This document shows, in pieces, positions 34,798 to 44,795 of a DNA stretch of 64,000 nucleotides. A program made the translations under genes and the position numbers. Where the stretch lies: positions 4,606 through 68,605 of the forward strand of contig JBAZTY010000003.1 in NCBI GenBank assembly GCA_041661685.1, given 5' to 3'. Position 1 is the first letter of the stretch; each line of letters begins with the position of its first letter. The notes under the pieces were generated by a model. That model searched no databases, was not told the origin of the DNA, and was given only the letters and a program-made list of their open reading frames with translations. This DNA comes from Patescibacteria group bacterium. GTDB taxonomy: Bacteria; Patescibacteriota; Patescibacteriia; Patescibacteriales; UBA12465.

Positions 34798-35355
34798 TTA
34801 CTCGACGATCATCGTTCCGATATTTTCACGGAAACCGGGAATATCATCGCGGAATGAGAACGAGCCGGCCGCCGGCGCCGTGAAAGTAATAATCTTAGTT
34901 TCGCCGGCCAAAACCATCGTCGTCAATCCCATTAAGGAAGCGTTCGGAAAAATAAAGACATGGGCATTGCCGTCAGTAGCAGCCAAGGCTAGAACCACTT
35001 CCGCGCCGGCCTTAATGCGGAATTCTTTAGGAGAAAAACCATCGCTAGATATATCTAACCTGATAGCGGCGGCGGGAATATCATTATTATTTACCAACTC
35101 TTTTTTTGGCGCTTCAGGCGCATTCGGCAAAGCCTTCAGGCTCAGGTCGGCGACACTGAGAGGTTGAGCGACCGGAGAAACTAGAACGGACTCATCGGAA
35201 GTACTGGAAATATTCAGGTTCTCCAAAATAGGCGTCTTTTCTGGAATCAAAACAACCGCCTCGGAACCAATTCGCGCCTTTAAAACTAAAGAGACTATCG
35301 CCACTAAAACGATAGAAACAACCAAGACGATGATAGCTATTTTCTTTCTGCTCAT
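34798..35355 (-). CDS. membrane-anchored cupredoxin-like domain protein with degenerate metal site
   Basis: The C-terminal domain aligns with 37154..37789 (DGFSPKEF.IKAGAEV ... GTMIVE). It lacks the Cys and the second His seen there. Confidence 0.5.
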   Translation of the reverse strand: MSRKKIAIIVLVVSIVLVAIVSLVLKARIGSEAVVLIPEKTPILENLNISSTSDESVLVSPVAQPLSVADLSLKALPNAPEAPKKELVNNNDIPAAAIRLDISSDGFSPKEFRIKAGAEVVLALAATDGNAHVFIFPNASLMGLTTMVLAGETKIITFTAPAAGSFSFRDDIPGFRENIGTMIVE

Positions 35356-35388
35356 ATGTCTTCTTTTCTTAAATTATACCATATTCCA

Positions 35389-37011
35389 TTATTTACGACA
35401 ATAATAATTAAACAGGATATCGCTGACAAAAGGAGAATAAAATTTGTCGCTAACCCTAGGCAAGGCGACCTTTAGAAGAAAATAACGAGTCGCGAGCACG
35501 CTGATAGCGACATTCTGCTCGTTCCCCAGCTTGATCCATTGCTGGCTATCGGCGGAAAATGAGAATTCTTCCTTGTCGACGCTCGCTTTATCAATGCCTA
35601 AAGAACTCTTAGCGATCTTAACGATAGTTATCAGCGAAGCGTAACCATCATGGGCTATGGGTAAAGAAACTAGCGAACCTCCGTTCTCATTCTTAAATCC
35701 TTGGTCCCGAAAATTAAACCAATGATCACGGCCGCTCCTCTTTAGCTTTGCTAATAAGGTAATCGCATTGCCGTCTGCCAGGCTCAACCTAAAAACGGCC
35801 GATTCGTCATATCTCTGGAAGAGGCTATTGAGGATCATTTCCCCGGCGATATCCGGTCCTTGATTCTGCCATAATTTTATCAGGACAGGGCGATATGAGG
35901 TCAAGCTATAGACATACCAATTGATATTAGTCTCGAAAGCGGTAAACAAGACTTCGGCTTTAAAGCCGCCGTTCATGACGCGGGTATCGAAGAAACGGCT
36001 GATATCGGAAATCTTATCGCCTTGAATATGGTAAGCTATGCCTTTATAAGCGCCATAAATGACCAGAAAATTATTTTCGCCGCCGCCGAAGCCAAGAAGC
36101 CCGAAATAAGGGGATACCATCGGCGCCGGAGTCTGGAGCCTAAAAAAATCATGACCGTCGAAATAATAGGCTATACCTTCATACCCCGCTTCATTCTTAA
36201 TGGTAAACCCCACGAGCCAGCGTTTTGTTAAATTTCCGATAGAGACCGCGGCGATATTCGAACCCGACAATTCCCCGGGCAAACCCAATTTCTTGTTCTC
36301 AAAAAACAGGTCGCTTCCCTTCTGTTCCAGGCAACGATCTTCCAGGCAGCGCTTATCGCCGTAAGGGCCTTCAAAATTATTCAGGCTGACCGCATTGAGA
36401 AGTTCTTGATCGGCCGCATCGACATCCGCTTCTATCTCCGTGAAAGCATAATCGGGTGGAAAGAAATAGGCGGCGGCGATTTCATCGTAGTAGAGAGTCG
36501 TCTGCGCAGAATCGACATATTTATTGTTCGAAAAAGTATCAAAATAAGACCCGAAGAACAAGGCGGGGTCAGAAACATTCGGAGCTGAATCCGGCTGGGG
36601 CGGAACGGCGACGGTAGAAGATTCTATCGAAAGAGGAGCGATCGACGGACCAGGAACGGAAACATCGGGCGAAGAAGTGGCCGGAGTATCGGCAGCCGGA
36701 AGAGAGGTCGACGCCGGAGTCGGAGCGGAAACAGAGTCGAGCGGGCTGACAACTTCAAAATTATTGCTCCAATCGGATGAAGTAGCCACGGCAACTGTCG
36801 GTTTTTCCTGATCGCCTTTCGTGATTTCCGCTATCTTCACGGCTAGAGGATTATAAAAATTATCACTGGAATCAACGGCGGAAATAAGGCCAATATTAAT
36901 CAAGAAATAACAAAAAAAATAAGAAATAAAATAATAAGCGACGGCGATAATAATGGCGATAATTGCGAGCGTTATTTTTTTTACGGTGGCCAGGGATAGC
37001 TTAATAGCCAT
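35389..37011 (-). CDS. membrane-anchored hypothetical protein (540 aa)
   Basis: N-terminal TM segments, a Pro/Ser/Ala-rich linker and a large unrecognised extracytoplasmic domain. Confidence 0.6.
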   Translation of the reverse strand: MAIKLSLATVKKITLAIIAIIIAVAYYFISYFFCYFLINIGLISAVDSSDNFYNPLAVKIAEITKGDQEKPTVAVATSSDWSNNFEVVSPLDSVSAPTPASTSLPAADTPATSSPDVSVPGPSIAPLSIESSTVAVPPQPDSAPNVSDPALFFGSYFDTFSNNKYVDSAQTTLYYDEIAAAYFFPPDYAFTEIEADVDAADQELLNAVSLNNFEGPYGDKRCLEDRCLEQKGSDLFFENKKLGLPGELSGSNIAAVSIGNLTKRWLVGFTIKNEAGYEGIAYYFDGHDFFRLQTPAPMVSPYFGLLGFGGGENNFLVIYGAYKGIAYHIQGDKISDISRFFDTRVMNGGFKAEVLFTAFETNINWYVYSLTSYRPVLIKLWQNQGPDIAGEMILNSLFQRYDESAVFRLSLADGNAITLLAKLKRSGRDHWFNFRDQGFKNENGGSLVSLPIAHDGYASLITIVKIAKSSLGIDKASVDKEEFSFSADSQQWIKLGNEQNVAISVLATRYFLLKVALPRVSDKFYSPFVSDILFNYYCRK

Positions 37012-37089
37012 AAATAAAAATTATTCTAATAATATGTAACCTGGGTCAGCTAATCAGATTATAACATAACGGAAACCTAAATAACATCT

Positions 37090-37119
37090 AAAAACATCGG
37101 CCTTAGAGCCGATGTTTTT
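37090..37119. terminator. bidirectional rho-independent terminator
   Basis: AAAAACATCGGC-CTTAGA-GCCGATGTTTTT is a perfect 12-bp stem including the A/T runs. It lies downstream of 37154..37789. Confidence 0.8.
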
Positions 37120-37153
37120 AAATAATTGTCCTTATAGAAATTTGGAGTTGCCG

Positions 37154-37789
37154 TTATTTGACGATCATCGTGCCGACCTCGCCGCGAGAGCGATGGTTGC
37201 CGACATTGCAGAAGAAAATATAGCTGCCCGCTTTTTCCGGGGCATTAAAAGAGATAACTCTCGTTTCCTTAGCATAAACGCCGATACCGATAGCGGCTAA
37301 GGATGGGTCCTCAAAAACTAAGGCATGAGCGAAGTCAATGCCAGTAATAGAGACGGAAACGGCTGCCCCCGGCTTAACGGTGAATGAATTCGGGCTGAAA
37401 CCGGCCGCACTCACTTCTAATTTAATAACGCTAGGAGCTAACGTTTCCTTCTTGACCGGACCGCTTTCGGACGGAGCTAAAGGAGATGTTTGCGCGACAT
37501 TATTTACGGTCTGCTGGCCATCGAGAGTAACGACCTTGTTATCTTTAGTGATGGCGCTCGCTCCGGGAGCCGCAATCGTCGCGTCCTTCAATATTTCGTT
37601 GACGACAGGCGCCGGAGCCTCGGCCATTGGGGTCTCGCCTGCGACCGCGCCAGTCGTGTCAGCCGGCTGGCCTGTCTGAACCTCCTGCGTGCCAGCCTTC
37701 TTGCCCTGAAGAGCGGCCACCACGATAATCAGGACTATGACCACAATTACCCCCAGGAGAATCAGCATCTTTTTAGATTTGTTTTCCAT
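37154..37789 (-). CDS. membrane-anchored cupredoxin domain protein (candidate type-1 copper site)
   Basis: The C-terminal FSPNSFTVKPGA ... AHALVF ... YIFFCNVGNH ... GTMIVK provides a His/Cys/His/Met ligand pattern typical of plastocyanin-like folds. Confidence 0.6.
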   Translation of the reverse strand: MENKSKKMLILLGVIVVIVLIIVVAALQGKKAGTQEVQTGQPADTTGAVAGETPMAEAPAPVVNEILKDATIAAPGASAITKDNKVVTLDGQQTVNNVAQTSPLAPSESGPVKKETLAPSVIKLEVSAAGFSPNSFTVKPGAAVSVSITGIDFAHALVFEDPSLAAIGIGVYAKETRVISFNAPEKAGSYIFFCNVGNHRSRGEVGTMIVK

Positions 37790-37829
37790 ATTTTTTAAAT
37801 TATGTTAATTGCTATATATTATAGCATAA

Positions 37830-40577
37830 TTAATAGTCGACCTTCAACCCGGACGTCGTCTGATCGTTAGAAAGAGTCGGCCAGTCGCGCCAGTCAAAGC
37901 GCTTAGCTGTTAAGCGATAAGAGACCTCTACCGCCTTATCGGAACGGAAAATCAATTTATTCCCGTCGACAAGATAATAAACCTGAGCAAAACGGCCATA
38001 AGGAGCAATAGCGACATCGACTGAACTCTTATCATAATCGATAACTTGGCGCCAGAGCCAAAGATCACTGCCTTCTTTCACAGCGGAAAAATCAATAACG
38101 GCTTCATACTCGTGCGTAGCGATAGGCTTATATATTCCAATCTTGCCGGTATATTCTTCCTTAACGCCGCCGGCGATAGAAGGAGCGAAAGTAGAGTAGT
38201 TGATTCCTTTTATATTATAGAGAGGATCGATAGTCGTCGCCGTTATCTTATTGACTGTCAGATTATTAAGGTTCGTGATATTATTGTTTCCCATATCAAT
38301 AGAGCCTGTCATCGTTCCGCCAGAGAGAGGCAGGAATCCGACAGCCGTCGATGTCCCTAAGACAGAATCGACATACCCCTTCGTGGCGGCATCAGCGTTC
38401 GCTGTCGGCAAAGCAACGTTGCCGATTTTATAATTCCCGGCCAAAATAGAATAGCCGGTTGAAGGGACGACTTCTAATTTGGCCAGCGGAGTGGTCGTGC
38501 CGATGCCGACATTGCCGGTGCCATTAATTGTCATTCGTACAGTTGGTGTTATTGTCGCGTCTGCTACTGTAGCAATACCGGAAAGAGTATAAAAAGTAAG
38601 TGCCCCCCAACTTGCTACCATACCTGAATAACCGTAACTAGCATGAGTACCCACCGTTCTAAAAATTGCATCATTATCATACCTAAAATTTGAACCAAAA
38701 GATCTATATCCTATATATGCTCCGTACGAATCGTAAGTTTTAATATTCCCGCTTACATCAAGTTTTACCCCCGGCGCTGTCGTCCCAATCCCGACGTTGC
38801 CGTCATATTGGATCCTCATCCTCTCTACCGGCGCAGTCACGGTCGACGAGTCAGCGACGTTTTGAAATATGATAGATGATCCGGTATTAGTGGCCGAATC
38901 ATCAGTCAAAACGGTCGCTATCCGACCCAAACTTCGGATTGTGCCATTGGAATATGTTCTTCCTCGGAACTCGATACCCTGCCCAAATCCTCTATAAGGC
39001 GCGGAGGCGGTATTAGTAGTCTCTAGAGTCAAAACATCAATGATACTGGTCCTACCCGGAGCGGTGCCATCCGCGCTGAAGTTATAGCTATGTAGACGAG
39101 AGACCGGGTTGTTTGTCCCGATTCCGACATTCCCGCTATTCAAATTCCAGATACTCCCGGCCGTCGTTCCGCCCCAAAGAGTGATACTGCTGGTGGCGGA
39201 GGCGATAGTCGAATCAACATAACCTTTCGTCGCCGCGTCAGAATCAACAGTCGGCAAAGCGACATTGCCGATCTTATAATTTCCGGCGAGAATCGAGTAG
39301 CCGGTTGAGGGGACGACTTCTAATTTCGCCGTCGGAGATGTCGTGCCGATACCGACATTGCCATTTGCCTGGATTACCATCTTAGCCATACTGATTTGAT
39401 TTGGCGCCAGAATGCTCACATTGCTACTATTTACAGCCCCAGAGACTCCAAACGCTAACATGTCAGTGCCTGGTGTGCTATTGCGATAATGAAATATAGC
39501 ACTGGCTCTTGTATCGGTGTTAGAAACCCAATAGCGAGACAAGACAATATCACTACCGACACTATCAGTCACGTTATTACCCGCTATATGCAACTTCGCT
39601 CCGGGAATATTGGTCCCGATACCAACATTGCCGGAACTGCGAATATTCAGGCTATCCGTATTGCCGACGTTAATTGAGAATAAATCATCTTCGCCGTAAG
39701 ATTTCAGGGTCGAAACAAAGCTGCCCGACGCTAAAGTCAATGAGGCGAAAGCCGGCGTATCCCCTGTTTGAACTAAAATATCAGTCGGCTCGCTCACCGC
39801 CAGAGACCCGACGGTCAATTTGCTAGTCGGATTATCAGTCCCCACGCCCGCGTTCCCGCTATTCAGGCTCCAAATATTTCCCGTCGTCGTTCCGCCCCAA
39901 AGAGTGCCAATGCTGCTAGTCGCGGCGGAAACCACGGAATCGACATATCCCTTAGTGGCCGCGTCAGAATTAACAGTCGGTAAAGCGACATTGCCGATCT
40001 TAAAATTCCCGGCAAGAATCGAATAACCGGAGGCCGGGATAATCTCTAATTTAGCTATCGGAGTGGTCGTGCCGATGCCGACGTTGCCGGTACTCGGAAT
40101 CGTTAAGACGGGAGTGGCTGTCTGGAAAATATAATTAGAAACGCCGACTGAGTCGCTGCTCAGCTTTAAGGTCGCGCCGATGCAAACCCCGCCGGACAAT
40201 TCATAGCCTTGAGCGCAAGCCGAGCAAACTGCGGTGCATTGATCATAAGAAGTGCAATTGCTAGGCACGGACACATTCAATTGGCAGGCGCCGGAACAAT
40301 TAGTATAGCCGGTATTGCAAGTCAGGACGCAGGTATTGGTATTGCAGCTGAAAGCATAAGTTCCGCCGGTCGGGTTAGCTGGACAAGCGGTCGTAGATTC
40401 GACTTCGCAAGTAAGGGTATTGCCATTACACCAAGATTTTAATTCCGCCCAATTACAGAATACGCCGGATTTCATCGTATTAGTTTCGCAGCCTCGCGTC
40501 GAAGTGTCCGCCCGCGCCGCCGCCGCCGACAATAAGCCGAAGAGCAGTATAATCGAGATTAGGAATTTATTTTTCAT
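37830..40577 (-). CDS. giant secreted tail-fibre-like protein (915 aa) with N-terminal Cys-rich domain and three 51-aa modules
   Basis: Signal peptide and a ~100-aa region dense in Cys. The module GNVGIGTT.P.AKLE..P..GYSILAGN.KIGNVALPT...DAATKGYVDS occurs 3 times. The DAxxKxYVD motif is common in phage fibre proteins. Confidence 0.7.
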   Translation of the reverse strand: MKNKFLISIILLFGLLSAAAARADTSTRGCETNTMKSGVFCNWAELKSWCNGNTLTCEVESTTACPANPTGGTYAFSCNTNTCVLTCNTGYTNCSGACQLNVSVPSNCTSYDQCTAVCSACAQGYELSGGVCIGATLKLSSDSVGVSNYIFQTATPVLTIPSTGNVGIGTTTPIAKLEIIPASGYSILAGNFKIGNVALPTVNSDAATKGYVDSVVSAATSSIGTLWGGTTTGNIWSLNSGNAGVGTDNPTSKLTVGSLAVSEPTDILVQTGDTPAFASLTLASGSFVSTLKSYGEDDLFSINVGNTDSLNIRSSGNVGIGTNIPGAKLHIAGNNVTDSVGSDIVLSRYWVSNTDTRASAIFHYRNSTPGTDMLAFGVSGAVNSSNVSILAPNQISMAKMVIQANGNVGIGTTSPTAKLEVVPSTGYSILAGNYKIGNVALPTVDSDAATKGYVDSTIASATSSITLWGGTTAGSIWNLNSGNVGIGTNNPVSRLHSYNFSADGTAPGRTSIIDVLTLETTNTASAPYRGFGQGIEFRGRTYSNGTIRSLGRIATVLTDDSATNTGSSIIFQNVADSSTVTAPVERMRIQYDGNVGIGTTAPGVKLDVSGNIKTYDSYGAYIGYRSFGSNFRYDNDAIFRTVGTHASYGYSGMVASWGALTFYTLSGIATVADATITPTVRMTINGTGNVGIGTTTPLAKLEVVPSTGYSILAGNYKIGNVALPTANADAATKGYVDSVLGTSTAVGFLPLSGGTMTGSIDMGNNNITNLNNLTVNKITATTIDPLYNIKGINYSTFAPSIAGGVKEEYTGKIGIYKPIATHEYEAVIDFSAVKEGSDLWLWRQVIDYDKSSVDVAIAPYGRFAQVYYLVDGNKLIFRSDKAVEVSYRLTAKRFDWRDWPTLSNDQTTSGLKVDY

Positions 40578-43500
40578 ATTTTTCTATATTATAAATTTAT
40601 TGGCAGCAAGCGAAGCTGCGTGCCGTATTGCAGACATTTAATGACCCAAAACCGTCTCCAGTCGCTAGCTTGACCCAAACCGTCCCATAATTACCGGCGA
40701 CGGCGCTAGTCCAACCCATGCAATCATTGGCGTTAGCGGTATAACCCGGAGGACCATTAGAAACCCAGAGGGTGGTTCCGGAAGGAATAGTCGCGCCCGC
40801 GCCAGTATTGATGGTGTTAAATATTTCTCCGGTCGTACAAGCGTGCGTACCGGCGACGACCGCGGCGCAGAGAGCATTAGCTCCGGAATATCCGCTCTGA
40901 GATCCAGCATAAGTCGCGGGAGTAGAAGTCGAATAAACAGCGGCGGCGCTGACAGAAGACAGGGCGGAATTAACCCAGCCCATAGTTACGACATCGGAAT
41001 CGGCCGTCGGCGAAGCGACATTGCCGATTTTATAATTTCCGGCGAGAATAGAATAGCCGGATGCTGGAATGACTTCTAATTTAGCATTCGGAGTAGACGT
41101 TCCGACGCCGACATTGCCATTTAATACCGTTTTGGTAACGCTGCTATTGCCAAGCATAACGCTGTTGCTGCCAGCTCCGATAGCCAAATGCCCAATAACT
41201 ATTTCATTCGTGTCGCCATCGGCTAACGGCCTGGTATCATAACCCAAAAAGATAGAATTAGCTGAAGTAGTATTATTGCCCCCGCCAGAGATAAGTTGCC
41301 CCGCCGCTCCGCCGATCGCAATATTATAACTCAGGGTAGAACGCAAAAGAGCATAATTACCAATAGCTACATTATAATTACCCGTAATATTACTATTAAG
41401 GGCAAAGGATCCGAGAGCAAAATTACGATAACCCGTGGTATTCACAGACATCGCTAAATATCCTATGCCGAAATTATGGTATCCAGTAGTATTCCTACTC
41501 AAGGCGGAAGTACCTATAGCAACATTGGCATAACCAGTAGTATTAACATACAAAGCCTGATGACCAATACCAATATTATGATCTGCTAATGAAGTGCCGA
41601 GAGTGGCGCTAGATAAACCTGCTTGATAACCAATATAAGTATTACTAACAGCTCCAGAGACAATATTCTTTCCTGATTGATATCCTATTTTAGTATTATA
41701 CTCTATGTTATCAAAATCAATTAAATCGTAAACTTGAATTAAATTATTAGGAGTAGTCGTGCCGATGCCGATATTCACTCCGTTATTATATAGGACGGAA
41801 TTAGCCGTCCAACTCGCCCCGTCATAGCGCAAGGTCTGGCCGGAGCTGCCTGTCGGCAAGCCAGTAATAGAAGAAGTCGCCGCGGCAATAGCAGAATCAA
41901 TATATCCCTTAGTGGCCGCATCGGAATCGACGGTCGGCGAAGCGACGTGGCCGATCTTGAAATTGCCGGCGAGAATCGAATAGCCGGAAGTCGGAATTAT
42001 TTCTAATTTAGCGAGCGGAGTAGAGGTGCCGATGCCGACATTCCCGGCACTGATTGTCATCGCCGGAGAATTCAACGGAGAATCAAATGTATGGACCGCG
42101 GCCGTACTCACGGAATAATATTTATTACCATTTACATCTGTTAATTGAAATGCCCCGCCATTAATGTTCTCTATAAACGAATCGGTTTGATTTGTAAAAA
42201 GAAGCGCCGGAGAATAAGCCTGGCTCGGCGTCGCCAGAGTAGCCGTGAAATCGGTTGTTCCATAAACATGTAATCTTGAAGTCGGCGTAGTTGTCCCAAT
42301 TCCCACATTGCCGCTATTCAAGCTCCAAATATTTCCAGTAGCGGTTCCACCCCAAAAAGATTCTAGGCTGCTGGTCGCCGAGGAGATTACTGAGTCGACA
42401 TAGCCTTTCGTCGCCGCATCGGCGTCGGCCGTCGGCATGGCAACATTGCCGATTTTGAAATTACCGGCGAGAATCGAATAGCCGGAAGTCGGAATTATTT
42501 CTAATTTCGCCGCCGGAGTAGAGGTGCCGATGCCGACATTGCTGGAAGATGGAATATATAAAGTCGGATAAGCCGCGCTCTGGATGACGGATGTGCCGGA
42601 AACGGAATCATAACCGAGTTTCAGCATTGAGACTGTTCCCTCGCAAGCGGCCGTACAAGCATTAAAAGTCTGACCGGGCAGACAACCAGGGTTAGCGACA
42701 CAAGTATGCGTCGTGGAGCATAATGCATAACCGGAGATACAAGCCGTACAATAATTATTGCAAGTATCATAGGTACTGCAAGGAGAAACCGGCGCGATTG
42801 TCGCGGTGCAAACATAATTCGGCCAAGCGCCGCAACGAGTGTAGCCGCTAGAACAAGTCGCACCATAGCCGCAAGCGTCAGCGGTCGCAAAATTAGTACA
42901 TGTAAAAATCGAGGCACAGATCGGCGACGGCGTCCAAGTCAAGCATTGCGGCTGATTGGTCCGACAAGCGCCGCCGCAATAATATTCGCCGATACCGATA
43001 TTGCAGCCCACGCCCGCCCCGTTATCAGTCGGACAATCGTTCGCGCGCGCGGAAAAACCGACTATCAAGCCGAGAGTGATGACTAAAATGGCTAACGATT
43101 TGTTCAGCATAACTTGATTAAATTATAACAGCCCTTATTAGCGGCAACAAGCTATTCTTAAAGAGTTATTGCAGGTCATCAGCAAACCGCGGCCTTGCGG
43201 CCGTCCGGACATCGCAATTTGCCAATAAGTTCCATAAGCGGCCGTAGTAGCGACCGACCTGCCTTCGCAGTCATTCGCCGCCGCCGTATATCCCGGAGGG
43301 CCGGCAAAGATCCAGACATCTTCGGCGGCCAAAGTTATTCCGGCCGCGATTGATCCTAAAATATTATCGGGCGTACAGACAGAAGAACTGGCATAGGCGG
43401 CCTTACAAGCATTTTGAGCAGTCGTGTACCCAGCCGAACCGTTGTTATCGCCGGTATAGGCGGTGGGAGTTATGCCCACATAGAGAGCGGACGAAACGAC

Positions 43501-44466
43501 TCCAGTTGAAGAAGCGACATAAGAAACGACGAAAGAATCGACATAGCCTTTCGTAGCCGCGTCAGAATCGACGGTCGGAATAGCGACATTTCCAATCTTA
43601 TAATTTCCGGCCAAGATAGAGTAGCCGGAAGCCGGAACGACTTCTAACTTAGCTAGGGGGCTAGTCGTACCGATGCCGACGTTGCCGGCATTCAAGATAA
43701 TGTTTCCTGTTCCCTCAACATGCAGGAACCCGGCCGGACTGGTCGTGCCTATACCAAATCTGCCCGTGGCAGTCGCATAGAACATTGGGACTCCTGTATT
43801 AGTATAAAACCCGCCGGTAGAATTATATAAATAGAAACCATTTCCCTTAACCGCGCTATTAGTTCTTAGCCCGTATGCGCCATTATTATTAGAATTAATC
43901 TCAGTTAATATAGAGCTATACGAGAATCTGCCATAAGAATTACCATCAATCACTACTTTTGAGGTTCCGCTGATCGTAAATGGGCTGTCGGTATAGGCAT
44001 TTGTAAACGCAGCAGATACATTCAGAGATGTGTCGTTAATGGCAACAGTAATAGTTCTCGTTTCTGCGCCAATTGTTATTGTAAAGCCTCCCTGATGAGT
44101 TTGATTTAAAAATTTTGTCCCAACTCCCGTAACTACCGTTCCTCCTGCTGGGACAGACACCGTTCCTATCCCAACATTATTCAACCCAATATGTAATTGG
44201 GATGTTGGGGCAGTTGTTCCGATCCCCACATTACCGCTATTTAAACTCCAGATATTTCCGCCAATCAATCCACCCCAAAGCGTAGATATCGAGCTAGTCG
44301 CGGAAGCGACGAAAGAATCGACATAGCCCTTGGTCGCGGCGTCAGAATCGACAGTGGGCAGAGCTACGTTGCCGATCTTGAAATTTCCAGCGAGAACTGA
44401 ATAGCCGGAAGCTGGGACAACTTCGAGGCGAGCTGTCGGCACGGCCGTGCCAAAACCGACATTCCC
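38364..44466. repeat. eight dispersed copies of a 153-bp (51-aa) coding module across three adjacent genes
   Basis: Module coordinates derived from residue counts: 38364..38516, 39210..39362, 39936..40088, 40966..41118, 41893..42045, 42391..42543, 43534..43686, 44314..44466. Confidence 0.85.
40597..43110 (-). CDS. giant secreted tail-fibre-like protein (837 aa): Cys-rich N-domain, three modules, YadA-head-like repeats, Cys-containing C-domain
   Basis: Same modules x3. Central N.AIG..AL..NTTG..N repeats (aa ~475-650) resemble left-handed beta-roll adhesin heads. The C-terminal domain is homologous to that of 43138..44760. Confidence 0.7.
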   Translation of the reverse strand: MLNKSLAILVITLGLIVGFSARANDCPTDNGAGVGCNIGIGEYYCGGACRTNQPQCLTWTPSPICASIFTCTNFATADACGYGATCSSGYTRCGAWPNYVCTATIAPVSPCSTYDTCNNYCTACISGYALCSTTHTCVANPGCLPGQTFNACTAACEGTVSMLKLGYDSVSGTSVIQSAAYPTLYIPSSSNVGIGTSTPAAKLEIIPTSGYSILAGNFKIGNVAMPTADADAATKGYVDSVISSATSSLESFWGGTATGNIWSLNSGNVGIGTTTPTSRLHVYGTTDFTATLATPSQAYSPALLFTNQTDSFIENINGGAFQLTDVNGNKYYSVSTAAVHTFDSPLNSPAMTISAGNVGIGTSTPLAKLEIIPTSGYSILAGNFKIGHVASPTVDSDAATKGYIDSAIAAATSSITGLPTGSSGQTLRYDGASWTANSVLYNNGVNIGIGTTTPNNLIQVYDLIDFDNIEYNTKIGYQSGKNIVSGAVSNTYIGYQAGLSSATLGTSLADHNIGIGHQALYVNTTGYANVAIGTSALSRNTTGYHNFGIGYLAMSVNTTGYRNFALGSFALNSNITGNYNVAIGNYALLRSTLSYNIAIGGAAGQLISGGGNNTTSANSIFLGYDTRPLADGDTNEIVIGHLAIGAGSNSVMLGNSSVTKTVLNGNVGVGTSTPNAKLEVIPASGYSILAGNYKIGNVASPTADSDVVTMGWVNSALSSVSAAAVYSTSTPATYAGSQSGYSGANALCAAVVAGTHACTTGEIFNTINTGAGATIPSGTTLWVSNGPPGYTANANDCMGWTSAVAGNYGTVWVKLATGDGFGSLNVCNTARSFACCQ

Positions 44467-44760
44467 GGATGAAAATATCGAACTGCCACTGATGAGACCA
44501 TTGACTTCCAACCCTACGGCGGGAGCGCTCGTCGCGATGCCGACCGGGCCGTTCAAAGAAACTGGCAGCCAAGTATTGACGAAGTCGGCGAACAGATCGT
44601 TCCAGTTGTCAGAAGTCAGAGTATCATTGTAGAGCTTATCGTAGCTGGAAGTCGAATGATAAGCTTGAACCATCTTCGGATTGATAGCTAACAAAAAAAT
44701 ACCGTTTATTACAAAAACAGCTAGAAAAATTTTTGATTTTTGTCCTGAAAATAGGAACAT
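43138..44760 (-). CDS. secreted tail-fibre-like protein (540 aa) with two modules and Cys-containing C-domain
   Basis: Signal/TM at the N-terminus and two copies of the module. The C-terminal block PPGYTAAANDCEGRS ... CNNSLRIACCR parallels PPGYTANANDCMGWTS ... CNTARSFACCQ in the 837-aa protein. Confidence 0.7.
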   Translation of the reverse strand: MFLFSGQKSKIFLAVFVINGIFLLAINPKMVQAYHSTSSYDKLYNDTLTSDNWNDLFADFVNTWLPVSLNGPVGIATSAPAVGLEVNGLISGSSIFSSGNVGFGTAVPTARLEVVPASGYSVLAGNFKIGNVALPTVDSDAATKGYVDSFVASATSSISTLWGGLIGGNIWSLNSGNVGIGTTAPTSQLHIGLNNVGIGTVSVPAGGTVVTGVGTKFLNQTHQGGFTITIGAETRTITVAINDTSLNVSAAFTNAYTDSPFTISGTSKVVIDGNSYGRFSYSSILTEINSNNNGAYGLRTNSAVKGNGFYLYNSTGGFYTNTGVPMFYATATGRFGIGTTSPAGFLHVEGTGNIILNAGNVGIGTTSPLAKLEVVPASGYSILAGNYKIGNVAIPTVDSDAATKGYVDSFVVSYVASSTGVVSSALYVGITPTAYTGDNNGSAGYTTAQNACKAAYASSSVCTPDNILGSIAAGITLAAEDVWIFAGPPGYTAAANDCEGRSVATTAAYGTYWQIAMSGRPQGRGLLMTCNNSLRIACCR

Positions 44761-44795
44761 TAAAAATTTATATTTTTCAATTATTTCTTGCTTAA

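Noticed and set aside
40597-43340. Diversity-generating retroelement (DGR) targeting the Cys-containing C-terminal domains of the 837- and 540-aa proteins
   Set aside because: No reverse transcriptase gene and no near-identical template repeat exist in the window. The two C-terminal regions differ throughout at the DNA level, not only at adenines.
34509-44466. CRISPR array among the repeated sequences
   Set aside because: The 18-bp x3 tandem and the 153-bp modules are in-frame coding repeats without unique spacers of regular length. No cas genes are present.
37338-44632. Many 60-118-aa ORFs antisense or out of frame within the fibre, cupredoxin and other GC-richer genes (also 14202..15467, 16092..16292, 17180..18158, 19152..21346, 23627..24146, 29621..31225, 52096..53724)
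   Set aside because: All are nested in longer ORFs with clear family motifs or repeat structure. They have low-complexity Arg/Ser/Pro-rich translations typical of shadow ORFs.
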